Shown piece after piece: positions 37,335 to 46,602 of a DNA stretch of 64,000 bases. Numbering within the stretch: the stretch's first letter is position 1; each line of letters opens with the position of its first letter. The stretch is taken from contig BTUR01000003.1 in the NCBI GenBank assembly GCA_045863475.1, forward strand, positions 8,647-72,646, read 5' to 3'. The stretch comes from Candidatus Campbellbacteria bacterium. GTDB taxonomy: Bacteria > Patescibacteriota > Minisyncoccia > Phycocordibacterales > EsbW-18. Both the position numbers and the translations under genes were made by a program. Below the pieces are notes generated by a model, which saw only the letters and a program-made list of their open reading frames with translations, was not told the origin of the DNA and searched no databases.

Positions 37335-39017
37335 ATGGCACTCCAACTTGAGGGACTTAAAAAGGATTTTTCTGGGGATATTGCCACTGATGACACGACG
37401 CTTACAGAGAAAAGCATTGATACGTCGCTGTTTTCCGTGCGCCCCGCGGCGGTTGTGTTTCCAAAGGATACACAAGACGTGCAGAAGCTCGTTGTATTTG
37501 CGTCACAAAATCCTGGCGTGACACTGACCGCGCGTGCAGCCGGAACGGGCATGGACGGCGGTGCACTCGGCGAGGGGATTGTTGTTGATTTTTCAAAATA
37601 CTTCAAACACATCAGCACGGTGACGTTTGCACAGGACTCAACACCGCTGATTTCCGCTCAGCCGGGTGTTTTTTATCGCGATTTTGAAAAAGAGACGCTG
37701 AAACGCGGGTATCTCATGCCCTCATACCCGGCGTCGCGCGAATTGTGTTGCCTAGGCGGTATGGTTGCGAACAATGCCGCAGGAGAACTGACGCTCAAAT
37801 ACGGAAAGGTTGAACAGTTTGTGAAAAAAGTAAAAGTCGTGCTTTCAGACGGCAAGGAATACGAGTTTGAGCCGCTCCGTGGCGATGCACTGCACCGCAA
37901 ACTCGTGCAAAAAGATTTTGAGGGTGACATCTATCGCCAAATGTTCAAACTCATCAATGATAATTACGAAATCCTACAGAACGCGCGCCCGAAAGTTTCC
38001 AAAAACTCCGCAGGCTACTACCTCTGGAACGTGTACGACAAAGAAAAGGATGTTTTCGACCTCACGAAACTCTTTGTCGGATCGCAGGGAACACTCGGGC
38101 TCGTAACGGACACGACGTTTTCACTCGTCCGCCCGGCTCAGCAATCACAAATGGTCATTGTGTTTCTCGATTCACTCAAGAATCTCGGCGACCTCGTTCG
38201 TATGGTGCTTGCACATGAGCCCACAACGTTTGAGTCGTACGACGACAAGACACTGAAGCTTGCGCTTAAATTTTTCTGGGATTTTGTGAAGCGTCTCGGG
38301 GTGCGTAATGTCTTCTCGCTCGCCTGGAACTCGCTTGGCGAGGCATTTTCAATTGTGCGCCACGGCATTCCGAAGCTTGTACTCCAAATAACATTCGATG
38401 GTGATGATAAAAAGGAGCTAGTGCAGAAAGCAAAAAAACTCGCAGATGATCTCAAACAGTTTTCCCCGCGCTATGTAGAGGTCATTACGAGCGCGCGCGA
38501 GATGGATGAGTACTGGCTTATCCGCCGCGAGAGCTTCAATCTACTGCGACACAAAGTGAAAGGCATGAAGACCGCGCCGTTTATTGACGACATTGTTGTG
38601 CCGCCGTCTGTTCTTCCGGAATTTTTCCCGCAGCTCTACGCCATTCTTGAAAAGTACGAGAAGCACATGATTCACAACATTGCGGGGCACATCGGCAACG
38701 GCAACTTCCACATCATTCCGCTCATGGATCTCACCAAGGAGGAGAACCGTGCGGTTATCCCCGAGATTGCGCAGCAGGTGTACGATCTTGTGTTTCGCTA
38801 CGGCGGTTCCACAACCGGTGAACACAACGACGGTATTGTGCGCACGCCGTTTCTCAAACAGCAGTATGGAGAGACAGTCACCGAATTATTTGCACAGACC
38901 AAGAAGATTTTTGACCCGAAGAATATATTCAACCCCGGGAAAAAGGTTCCAACCTCTCACACAGCAGGTCCGAATGGGTCGATGGCGTACGCACTCGCGC
39001 ATATAAAAAAAATCTAA
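37335..39017 (+). CDS. FAD-linked oxidase (GlcD/D-lactate dehydrogenase-like)
   Basis: FAD_binding_4-type N-domain (VVFPKDTQDVQKLVVFASQNPGVTLTARAAGTGMDGGAL) and a C-terminal FAD-oxidase domain. Start placed at ATG 37335, since the upstream part of the ORF overlaps secG. Confidence 0.75.
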   Translation: MALQLEGLKKDFSGDIATDDTTLTEKSIDTSLFSVRPAAVVFPKDTQDVQKLVVFASQNPGVTLTARAAGTGMDGGALGEGIVVDFSKYFKHISTVTFAQDSTPLISAQPGVFYRDFEKETLKRGYLMPSYPASRELCCLGGMVANNAAGELTLKYGKVEQFVKKVKVVLSDGKEYEFEPLRGDALHRKLVQKDFEGDIYRQMFKLINDNYEILQNARPKVSKNSAGYYLWNVYDKEKDVFDLTKLFVGSQGTLGLVTDTTFSLVRPAQQSQMVIVFLDSLKNLGDLVRMVLAHEPTTFESYDDKTLKLALKFFWDFVKRLGVRNVFSLAWNSLGEAFSIVRHGIPKLVLQITFDGDDKKELVQKAKKLADDLKQFSPRYVEVITSAREMDEYWLIRRESFNLLRHKVKGMKTAPFIDDIVVPPSVLPEFFPQLYAILEKYEKHMIHNIAGHIGNGNFHIIPLMDLTKEENRAVIPEIAQQVYDLVFRYGGSTTGEHNDGIVRTPFLKQQYGETVTELFAQTKKIFDPKNIFNPGKKVPTSHTAGPNGSMAYALAHIKKI

Positions 39018-39093
39018 GAGCGCTTGTGTCAAGTATATTTTCGAGCGTATACTTGTGCTCGCTTTTAGTAACTCTTAATAATCGTTTTTGGGT

Positions 39094-39414
39094 ATGAAAA
39101 AGAAAACCAATGCGAAGTCGGGTATTCAACCCTTGGGCGACCGGGTGCTGTTGCGTCCGCTTGCTTCCGAGGAACGCGCAACAAAACGTGCATCCGGCAT
39201 CATCATTCCCGAAACCGTTGACCATGAGCGTCCGGAGCAGGGAAAGATTATCGCGGTGGGACCGGGCCGGTACGAGGACGGGAAGCTTATTCCTGTGCGC
39301 GTAAAAGTCGGCGACACCGTCGTATTCTCGAAGTACGGGTTTGACGAGGTAAAGATAGACGGCGTTGAGTATTACATCCTTAAAGAAGACGCCATTTTGG
39401 CGGTTATCAAATAA
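39094..39414 (+). CDS. groES: co-chaperonin GroES
   Basis: IQPLGDRVLLRP...GIIIPET...GKIIAVGPG. Confidence 0.9.
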   Translation: MKKKTNAKSGIQPLGDRVLLRPLASEERATKRASGIIIPETVDHERPEQGKIIAVGPGRYEDGKLIPVRVKVGDTVVFSKYGFDEVKIDGVEYYILKEDAILAVIK

Positions 39415-39452
39415 CTGAAAACCAAGGAGCGGAGCGACTATGGTTTTCGTTA

Positions 39453-39508
39453 CCCCGCCCTCAAAAGAAAACTAGGATTAAAAAAGTATATAAACACAGA
39501 GGGCGGGG
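39453..39508. repeat. 10-bp perfect inverted repeat (CCCCGCCCTC...GAGGGCGGGG) in the groES-groEL spacer
   Basis: The arms are separated by 36 nt and lie in a 141-bp spacer. Confidence 0.5.
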
Positions 39509-39555
39509 TGATGATTTTCTAAAGCTCGTCCCTGCTCGCTAAGAAAATCAATCAT

Positions 39556-41181
39556 ATGGCAAGCAAAAAAATCTTGTTTGATACGGAGGCACGCGAAGCG
39601 CTCAAGCGCGGCATTGATAAAGTTGGCAACGCAGTGCGTGTCACGTTGGGACCTCGCGGTCGCAACGCCGTTTTGGAGAAGGGGTACGGTGCGCCGATGA
39701 TTACGAATGACGGCGTGTCCATTGCAAAAGAAATAGAACTCCCGGACCGTTTCGAAAACATGGGTGCCGAGATTGTGAAGGAAGTTGCAACAAAAACAAA
39801 CGATAGTGCAGGTGACGGTACGACGACCGCAACGGTTCTTGTGCAGGCGCTCGTCAATGAGGGATTGCGTCATGCGACACTGGGCGTGAACGCGATGTCA
39901 CTGCGCCGCGGCATGGAACAGGCGAAGGACGACGCAGTCGCGGCGCTCAAAGGAATCGCAAAGCCGATTAAAGGTAAGGATGAGATTAAACAAGTTGCGA
40001 CCATCTCCGCGGAATCGGAAGAACTCGGAGGAATTATTGCCAAGACCATAGAAAAAGTCGGCAAAGACGGCGTAGTCACCGTTGAGGAATCGCAGACGCT
40101 CGGTATTGATTCAGAAGTCGTTGAGGGACTTGAATTTGATCGGGGGTATATTTCCGCATACATGGTGACAAACGCGGAGCGCATGGAGGCGGAATATCGC
40201 GATGTGCCGGTGTTGGTTACCGACCGAAAAATTTCAGTCGTCAAAGAAATACTCCCGCTGTTGGAGGGTCTTGCCGCTGCGGGTACGAAAGAACTCGTCA
40301 TTATTGCAGATGACGTTGACGGCGAAGCGCTTGCGACATTCGTTGTTAACAAACTGCGCGGCGGATTCAACGTGCTGGCGGTAAAGGCACCGGGATTCGG
40401 CGACCGCAAGAAAGATTTGCTTGCTGACATCGCTGTGACGGTCGGCGCGAAGGTTATTTCAGAGGAAACGGGAACGAAACTCGAGAGTGCAACGGTTGCA
40501 ATGCTGGGACGCGCACGCCGCGTGGTCTCCAAGAAAGATGCAACGGTCATTGTTGGTGGCAAGGGTAAAAAGGGGGAGATTGAGGCGCGCGTTGCCCAGC
40601 TGCGCAAACAATTTGAGAATACGGATTCAAAGTACGACCGTGAGAAACTCCAGGAGCGCCTTGGTAAACTCACGGGCGGTGTCGCGGTTATCCGCGTGGG
40701 CGCTTCCACCGAAACCGAGATGAAATATTTGAAACTGAAGATTGAAGACGCAGTGAATGCGACGAAGGCCGCGATTGAAGAGGGGATTGTTCCGGGAGGC
40801 GGCTCAGCGCTCGTTAAAGCAGCGAAAAAACTCGAGGGCAAAAAACTCGGAACGGATGCAGAGTCAGTCGGGTACGGAATCGTCATTCGCGCACTCCACG
40901 CGCCGCTCGCACAAATTGCGATTAACGCGGGCAAAGAAGACGGACTCGTTATTGTTGACCGCGTGAAAAACGGCGGCAAGAACTCTGGATACGATGCCGG
41001 AAAAGACGAGATCGTTGAGGACATGCTCTCCGAGGGAATTGTTGACCCGGTGAAGGTGACGCGCACCGCACTGCAAAACGCAGTGTCCGCGGCCGCGATG
41101 CTCATTACGACGGAAGTCGCAATTGCCGAGGAACCGAAAGAAGAAAAAGAGGCCCCGCATCAGCACGGGGGAGAGTACTAA
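39556..41181 (+). CDS. groEL: chaperonin GroEL
   Basis: 541 aa. The N-terminus MASKKILFDTEAREALKRGIDKV, the GDGTTTATVL motif and a C-terminal tail are present. Confidence 0.95.
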   Translation: MASKKILFDTEAREALKRGIDKVGNAVRVTLGPRGRNAVLEKGYGAPMITNDGVSIAKEIELPDRFENMGAEIVKEVATKTNDSAGDGTTTATVLVQALVNEGLRHATLGVNAMSLRRGMEQAKDDAVAALKGIAKPIKGKDEIKQVATISAESEELGGIIAKTIEKVGKDGVVTVEESQTLGIDSEVVEGLEFDRGYISAYMVTNAERMEAEYRDVPVLVTDRKISVVKEILPLLEGLAAAGTKELVIIADDVDGEALATFVVNKLRGGFNVLAVKAPGFGDRKKDLLADIAVTVGAKVISEETGTKLESATVAMLGRARRVVSKKDATVIVGGKGKKGEIEARVAQLRKQFENTDSKYDREKLQERLGKLTGGVAVIRVGASTETEMKYLKLKIEDAVNATKAAIEEGIVPGGGSALVKAAKKLEGKKLGTDAESVGYGIVIRALHAPLAQIAINAGKEDGLVIVDRVKNGGKNSGYDAGKDEIVEDMLSEGIVDPVKVTRTALQNAVSAAAMLITTEVAIAEEPKEEKEAPHQHGGEY

Positions 41182-41193
41182 GTTTTCTCAAAA

Positions 41194-41224
41194 AAGCAGG
41201 GAATAGCATTCCTTGCTTTTTTGT
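41194..41224 (+). terminator. rho-independent terminator after groEL
   Basis: AAGCAGGGAAT-AGC-ATTCCTTGCTTTTTTG. Confidence 0.7.
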
Positions 41225-41272
41225 GTGTTTGTGTCATAATCCGCAACGGACAACTCACAGGAGGGAAACTTG

Positions 41273-41416
41273 ATGCATGTGTGGATTGGAAACGGCCTGC
41301 AGGATGCATGGCGCATTCTCCGGGAGACTCCAGTGAGCACCACGGTGGTGTTCATTCTGCTCCCGGTATCTCTCGTGGGAAGCATCGTCTACGCGGCAAT
41401 CTGTTCTTTTCATTGA
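41273..41416 (+). CDS. small hydrophobic ORF (47 aa)
   Basis: Not in the ORF track. Strong SD (CAGGAGGGAAACTTG) before the ATG, one TM helix, and a terminator GCGGGCAC-gtc-GTGCCCGC at 41433-41458. Confidence 0.35.
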   Translation: MHVWIGNGLQDAWRILRETPVSTTVVFILLPVSLVGSIVYAAICSFH

Positions 41417-41502
41417 ACATCGCGTAGGGAAAAGCGGGCACGTCGTGCCCGCTTTATTGCGTCTGTGGTATACTTTTCGTATACGAATCTAACTTTTTTC
41501 AT

Positions 41503-42054
41503 ATGTCATTCGAAACGATCCTACTCATTGTTGTCGCCGTCGTTGTTGTGTGGGCGATACTCATGTACAACCGCTTCGTGCGTCTCAACAACCACGCTGA
41601 TGAAGCATGGTCGGACATCGATGTGCAACTGAAGCGCCGGTACGACCTTATCCCGAATCTTGTTGAAACGGTGAAAGGGTACGCGACACACGAGCGCGAG
41701 GCGTTTGAAAACGTCACGAAGGCGCGGGCCAATGCGATGGGTGCACAGAGTGTTGAAGACCATGCGAAGGCGGAGAATATGCTCACCGGTGCGCTGAAAT
41801 CACTCTTTGCAATTGCCGAGGCATACCCGGACTTGAAGGCTAATCAGAACTTTTTGGAGCTTCAGCGTGAACTCTCTGACACGGAGAATAAAATCCAGGC
41901 GGCACGCCGCTTCTACAACGGCAACGTCCGCGACCTCAACATCGCTGTTGATTCGTTCCCGAATAATCTCATTGCACGAGCATTTAAATTTGTGAAGCGG
42001 GCATTCTTCGATGTCGAGGAAGGACAGCGGGAGCCGGTCAAAGTGCAGTTCTAG
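41503..42054 (+). CDS. lemA: LemA-family protein
   Basis: N-terminal TM helix followed by WSDIDVQLKRRYDLIPNLVETVKGYATHE. Confidence 0.85.
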   Translation: MSFETILLIVVAVVVVWAILMYNRFVRLNNHADEAWSDIDVQLKRRYDLIPNLVETVKGYATHEREAFENVTKARANAMGAQSVEDHAKAENMLTGALKSLFAIAEAYPDLKANQNFLELQRELSDTENKIQAARRFYNGNVRDLNIAVDSFPNNLIARAFKFVKRAFFDVEEGQREPVKVQF

Positions 42055-42059
42055 TTTCC

Positions 42060-42245
42060 ATGCCGAGCGTCTATTCCCACTACAACCGCAATGTCAGTTC
42101 GGTATGGTACCTGATAGTGGTTTTTATGTGTGTGGTTGGAATTGTAACGTGGCGCGCGTACGTTGCGGTGCAGGAGATTGATTTGAATAACCGCGACATG
42201 GTTTCGCGCATGGAAGACCTTATGACACAAAACCAACCCCGCTGA
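42060..42245 (+). CDS. short ORF resembling the N-terminus of HtpX (partial tandem duplicate)
   Basis: MPSVYSHYNRNVSSVWYLIVVFMCVVGIVTWRAYVAVQE is similar to the HtpX start MATLYSHRDANINRTWLLMLGFLLVIIAVGWVFARAYES. Confidence 0.4.
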   Translation: MPSVYSHYNRNVSSVWYLIVVFMCVVGIVTWRAYVAVQEIDLNNRDMVSRMEDLMTQNQPR

Positions 42246-42256
42246 CGCACACGAGT

Positions 42257-43174
42257 ATGGCAACACTGTATTCGCATCGAGACGCAAATATCAACAGAAC
42301 CTGGCTGCTCATGCTTGGGTTTCTTCTCGTTATTATCGCCGTTGGCTGGGTATTTGCCCGCGCGTACGAATCGCCCACGATACTGTACATTGCGGTGCTC
42401 TTCTCACTCGGTATGAACATCGCGAGTTACTGGTACTCGGACAAGCTCGCCCTTGCCGTCTCAGGTGCACGGCCGGCCTCACGCGAGGAATTTTTTGACC
42501 TCTACACGGTGACTGAGAATCTTGCCATTACTGCGGGCATTCCGATGCCAAAACTCTACGTCATTCAGGATCCCGCACCCAATGCGTTTGCCACTGGGCG
42601 CAATCCTGAGCACGCCACCGTTGCGGTCACCACAGGACTTCTTGAGCGGCTCTCGCGCATTGAGCTTGAAGGTGTTATTGCACACGAGATTTCGCACGTG
42701 AAAAACTGGGACATTCTGCTCGCCACGGTCGTTGTTGTGCTCGCGGGTTTTTTAAGCCTCGTCTCTGATTTTTTTCTCCGTTCTATGCACTTCCGCGGCG
42801 GTGATGATAACCGAAGCAATGCGGCGTTTATCCTTGTTGGTGTTGCGCTTGCTATCCTTGCACCGATTGCAGGTGTTATTATCCAACTTGCCGTATCGCG
42901 CAAACGCGAGTTTCTTGCTGATGCCTCAGGCGCACTTTTAACCCGCTATCCCGAGGGATTAGCATCTGCGCTTGAGAAAATCTCAAGCTACGGTGCCCCG
43001 ATGAAGCGTGTGCACAACGCCACTGCACACCTCTTTATTGCCGATCCGCGCGCAAAAGCCGTTTCAGGAGGGAAGGGTAAGACGAGCTGGTTTGCGAAGT
43101 TGTTTTTAACACACCCGCCGGTTTCCGAGCGCGTTACCGCGCTGCGCGGTGTTGATAATGCACCACACGCATGA
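42257..43174 (+). CDS. htpX: zinc metalloprotease HtpX (M48)
   Basis: HEISHVKNWD (HExxH), 4 TM helices. 305 aa. Confidence 0.85.
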   Translation: MATLYSHRDANINRTWLLMLGFLLVIIAVGWVFARAYESPTILYIAVLFSLGMNIASYWYSDKLALAVSGARPASREEFFDLYTVTENLAITAGIPMPKLYVIQDPAPNAFATGRNPEHATVAVTTGLLERLSRIELEGVIAHEISHVKNWDILLATVVVVLAGFLSLVSDFFLRSMHFRGGDDNRSNAAFILVGVALAILAPIAGVIIQLAVSRKREFLADASGALLTRYPEGLASALEKISSYGAPMKRVHNATAHLFIADPRAKAVSGGKGKTSWFAKLFLTHPPVSERVTALRGVDNAPHA

Positions 43175-43923
43175 AAAAAGAACTAACACCGATTACACCC
43201 GAGACGCTGTCGTACGCCTTGCAGCATCTCCGCTCACTCATTCTTGTGGATGAACAAGTCTTTGACGACCTTGGAAATCTCAAAACCACACTCCACGAGT
43301 TAAAAATTGTCTTTGATGAAAAGGAACACGGACCGTCCCTTGAGGCGTTACGTAACGAGCTCCGTCTGCTCAAACAGCTTGTGTACAAAGACGAGCTGAC
43401 CGGCATTCTTAACCGTCGCGGCGTGCACGAAGAGTTCAGCGGCTTTTTTCGCGAGGCACTGTTCTATAAAGAACACAAAGACCTGCGCAAGGGAGTTGTT
43501 ATCAGTGATTTTTCCGTTATCTTCATTGATTTGGACAACTTTAAGAGCATTAACGACCGGTTTGGACACGACGAAGGCGACCGTGTTCTGAAAGAATGTG
43601 CGGTGATTTTGAAAAAGCATGCACGCGAAACGGATGCGGTGGGGCGATTGGGCGGAGAGGAGTTTGTCATGGGGCTTTTGGGCGCATCCGAGTCGGAGGC
43701 GTATGAAAAAGCGGAAGCCTTACGCGCAGACCTTGGAAAAGGGATACGAGTCGGTGGGAACCCGATCACGGCCTCTCTGGGGGTTGCCTCATTGCATGCT
43801 TCAAACGTACAGACGCTCGAAGCGCTCATTCACGCAGCTGATATGGCGATGTATGACGCGAAGACTAACCGCGGAAAGAATACGACAACCAAGTACAGTG
43901 ATGTGGTTTCCTCAAAAAAATAA
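43171..43923 (+). CDS. GGDEF-domain diguanylate cyclase
   Basis: RLGGEEFVMGL active site, IDLDNFKSINDRFGHDEGD. N-terminal coiled-coil. Confidence 0.85.
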   Translation: MKKELTPITPETLSYALQHLRSLILVDEQVFDDLGNLKTTLHELKIVFDEKEHGPSLEALRNELRLLKQLVYKDELTGILNRRGVHEEFSGFFREALFYKEHKDLRKGVVISDFSVIFIDLDNFKSINDRFGHDEGDRVLKECAVILKKHARETDAVGRLGGEEFVMGLLGASESEAYEKAEALRADLGKGIRVGGNPITASLGVASLHASNVQTLEALIHAADMAMYDAKTNRGKNTTTKYSDVVSSKK

Positions 43924-43925
43924 TC

Positions 43926-44309
43926 ATGTCGTATATACCATTTGTATCAACGTCATGGAGAGAGGGAAGAGTATGGGACGCGTGGATGCTCGTCCACTTT
44001 CTCTCCGGTATGGCGATCGGTTTCGCTAATTCGTATCTGGGGCTCTCAACGGTGTTGCTGTTCGGTATTTCGGTGCTCGGCATGATTGTTTGGGAAATTG
44101 TTGAAATCGCTGGAAATGTCCACGAAGTTGCCGAAAACCGCCTGTTGGATGTTGCCATCGGGCTTGTGGGCCTGTACCTCTCAAGCGAATTCATTCTGTC
44201 CCGCGTGTCGGAACCATATGCACACACGCTTTTTTACTTGAGCCTATTGCTACTTGCAATCTTTTGTTACTTCGGTTGGAGCGCGTACCGTAAACGGGTG
44301 GGTGCTTAG
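43926..44309 (+). CDS. hypothetical membrane protein
   Basis: 127 aa, 4 predicted TM helices. Confidence 0.4.
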   Translation: MSYIPFVSTSWREGRVWDAWMLVHFLSGMAIGFANSYLGLSTVLLFGISVLGMIVWEIVEIAGNVHEVAENRLLDVAIGLVGLYLSSEFILSRVSEPYAHTLFYLSLLLLAIFCYFGWSAYRKRVGA

Positions 44310-44446
44310 ATTACACGTACATCTGGACAAAGAAGTACACCTGCGACCGCCGGTTCTTTGTATCCACAGATAACGATAAATATATATTGACAAACAATAA
44401 GTCGTAAACTAAGCTGAAGGCATTGATAATTTAGGTGTAACCATCT

Positions 44447-44932
44447 ATGAAAAGAAGCTCAACAGTATTCCTTCAGATAGTTATCGTGGTTCTTGGTGTC
44501 GGTGCTCTCGCCCTTCTGTTGTGGGGGCCTCACCTTGAGGGGAGGAATGTAAATGCCACGCTTTTTGAGATTTACTTCAAAGATCCCTTTTTGGCGTACG
44601 CGTACGCCGCCTCAGTTGCTTTTTTTGTCGCGCTTTACCAAGCGTTCAAACTGTTGGGGTACATAAGACGAAATGAAGTATTTTCGCACGCAGCTGTAAA
44701 AGCATTACGGACGATAAAATACTGCGCGATGACTCTCGTCGCTTTTATTGCGGGAGCAGAAGTTTACTTCTTCACTGCTTCGCGCAGAGTGGAGGAGGAT
44801 ATCGCGGGCGGTGTCATGATAGGTCTTGTGATGATTTTTGTCTCTGCCGTTGTCGCTACTGCCGCGACTGTATTTGAAAGGACCCTGCAAAATGCCGTAG
44901 ACATAAAGTCCGAGAACGATCTAACCGTGTAA
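44447..44932 (+). CDS. DUF2975-like membrane protein
   Basis: Four TM helices. Paired with the downstream YozG-like HTH gene, a common arrangement. Confidence 0.55.
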   Translation: MKRSSTVFLQIVIVVLGVGALALLLWGPHLEGRNVNATLFEIYFKDPFLAYAYAASVAFFVALYQAFKLLGYIRRNEVFSHAAVKALRTIKYCAMTLVAFIAGAEVYFFTASRRVEEDIAGGVMIGLVMIFVSAVVATAATVFERTLQNAVDIKSENDLTV

Positions 44933-44937
44933 TCAAT

Positions 44938-45141
44938 ATGACAATCATCATCAACATTGACGTCATGTTGGCGAAGCAGAAAATGAGTGTTACTGAACTC
45001 GCCGAAAAAGTCGGCATCACCATGGCCAACATTTCCGTGTTGAAAAACGGAAAAGCAAAGGCAATCCGCCTATCGACCTTAGAAGCAATCTGCAAGGCGC
45101 TTAGATGTCAGCCCGGAGATATTTTGGAATACCGAAATTAG
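44938..45141 (+). CDS. XRE-family HTH transcriptional regulator (YozG-like)
   Basis: MSVTELAEKVGITMANISVLKNGKAKAIRLSTLEAICKAL. Confidence 0.8.
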   Translation: MTIIINIDVMLAKQKMSVTELAEKVGITMANISVLKNGKAKAIRLSTLEAICKALRCQPGDILEYRN

Positions 45142-45351
45142 ACAGTGATGTAAAAACTTCGTGCGGAGGCGGAGAGACCACGAGTACGTTTTTCTCCCGC
45201 GACTAAAAACTCGTCGTCACTCGCTTTTGTCGTGTCCGCGGCTCGCGACCCCGCCTGTTGGCGGGGTGCCCGCTCCGCCTTTCGAATCCCCCCGCGCTAC
45301 TCGCAATAATACTCCATTCGGATGGTTCCCATCCATCCTCATGGATTATTG

Positions 45352-45436
45352 CGGAGGCGGAGAGATTCGAACTCTCGGTGCCTTGCGGCACGCCGCCTTT
45401 CCAAGACGGTGCACTAGACCGCTATGCGACGCCTCC
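45352..45436 (-). tRNA. tRNA-Ser (anticodon GGA)
   Basis: Minus-strand class II tRNA: acceptor GGAGGCG/CGCCTCC, anticodon stem CCGTC/GGCGG with loop TTGGAAA, long variable arm CGTGCCGCAAGGCAC, T-arm GAGAG-TTCGAAT-CTCTC. Confidence 0.75.
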
Positions 45437-45460
45437 GTGCGCTTTGTTTATAGCACAGAA

Positions 45461-46354
45461 TCAGGAAGTCAGGAATTTTTTCGAAAGTGTTTTGATTTTC
45501 GAAAATTCTGATGGAGAGAACCAGTGGATGTCGGGGTGTCGTTTAAACCACGTCATTTGGCGTTTTGCGTAGTGTTCAATGTCTTTAGCAAGACGCGCTA
45601 ACACCTCTTCCTTTGTTATTTTTTTCTGCAGGTACTGCGCGATATTTCGATACTCAAGACCGAAATCCTCCAATTTTTTCCAGGATAACCCACCGGCACG
45701 AAGTTTCCTCACTTCAGCAACCATTCCTTGCCGCATCCTTGAAAGCAGACGTGCGTATATCTTTTTGTTCAACTTTTCTTTCGGGAGCGTGAGACCGATG
45801 AAGAGTGCCTCAAAATCGCTTTTTGGTTTTTGCCGCGGAACTACGCCGAGGCGCGCGGTGATTTCAAGTGCGCGTATGAGCCGGCGTCGATTGTGCGGGT
45901 CAATGTTTTTCGCGCGGCGAGGGTCTTTTTTCTTGAGGAGCATAAACAATTTTTCAGTCGGCATTTTCTCAAGCTTCGCGCGCAGTCTCAGGTTTGGCGG
46001 CACCTCAGGCAGGGACGTGCCGCGTGCGAGCGCGTCTATGTAGAGTCCGGTGCCGCCAACGACAATCGGCACGAAACCTTTTTTTCTGATGGACGTTGCC
46101 GACTTTTTTGCATCACGCACAAAATGGGCAACACTGTATTGCTGCCTAGGCGAGACAACATCAAGCAGGTGGTGGGGAACACCGTGCATCTCGCGCTGCG
46201 TGATTTTTCCGGTGCCAAGATCCATGCCGCGGTATACCTGCCGCGAATCAGCGGACACGATTTCTCCGCCGATGGCTTTTGCGAGGCGCACTGCCAGACT
46301 GCTCTTGCCCGTGGCCGTTGGGCCCAGAATGATGATGAGTTTTGGCTTTTGCAT
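45461..46354 (-). CDS. miaA: tRNA dimethylallyltransferase
   Basis: P-loop GPTATGKS. ADSRQVYRGMDLGTGK motif. Confidence 0.9.
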   Translation of the reverse strand: MQKPKLIIILGPTATGKSSLAVRLAKAIGGEIVSADSRQVYRGMDLGTGKITQREMHGVPHHLLDVVSPRQQYSVAHFVRDAKKSATSIRKKGFVPIVVGGTGLYIDALARGTSLPEVPPNLRLRAKLEKMPTEKLFMLLKKKDPRRAKNIDPHNRRRLIRALEITARLGVVPRQKPKSDFEALFIGLTLPKEKLNKKIYARLLSRMRQGMVAEVRKLRAGGLSWKKLEDFGLEYRNIAQYLQKKITKEEVLARLAKDIEHYAKRQMTWFKRHPDIHWFSPSEFSKIKTLSKKFLTS

Positions 46355-46449
46355 ACCAGCCTATCCTGCAGTCGTTTTTCATCGCTTGCAAGGGGAAGAG
46401 ACAAAATATCGCTCACGCGGGAGTTTTCTGATAAAATCGGCTTGAAACC

Positions 46450-46532
46450 GCCGGGGTGGCGGAATGGTAGACGCACAGGACTCAAAATCCTGCGGTGGCA
46501 ACACCATGAGGGTTCGAGTCCCTCCCCCGGCA
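46450..46532 (+). tRNA. tRNA-Leu (anticodon CAA)
   Basis: Acceptor GCCGGGG/CCCCGGC, anticodon stem CAGGA/TCCTG with loop CTCAAAA, long variable arm, T-loop TTCGAGT. Confidence 0.8.
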
Positions 46533-46602
46533 CCGTAAACGAGCAGGTGGTTTGGTGTTAGAATAAAGCTGTAACGAATCAAGGAGTACTTCCTACGAGC
46601 AC

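Noticed and set aside
39870-41105. 411-aa minus-strand ORF antisense to groEL
   Set aside because: groEL is unmistakable. The antisense frame is low-complexity Ser/Ala/Thr.
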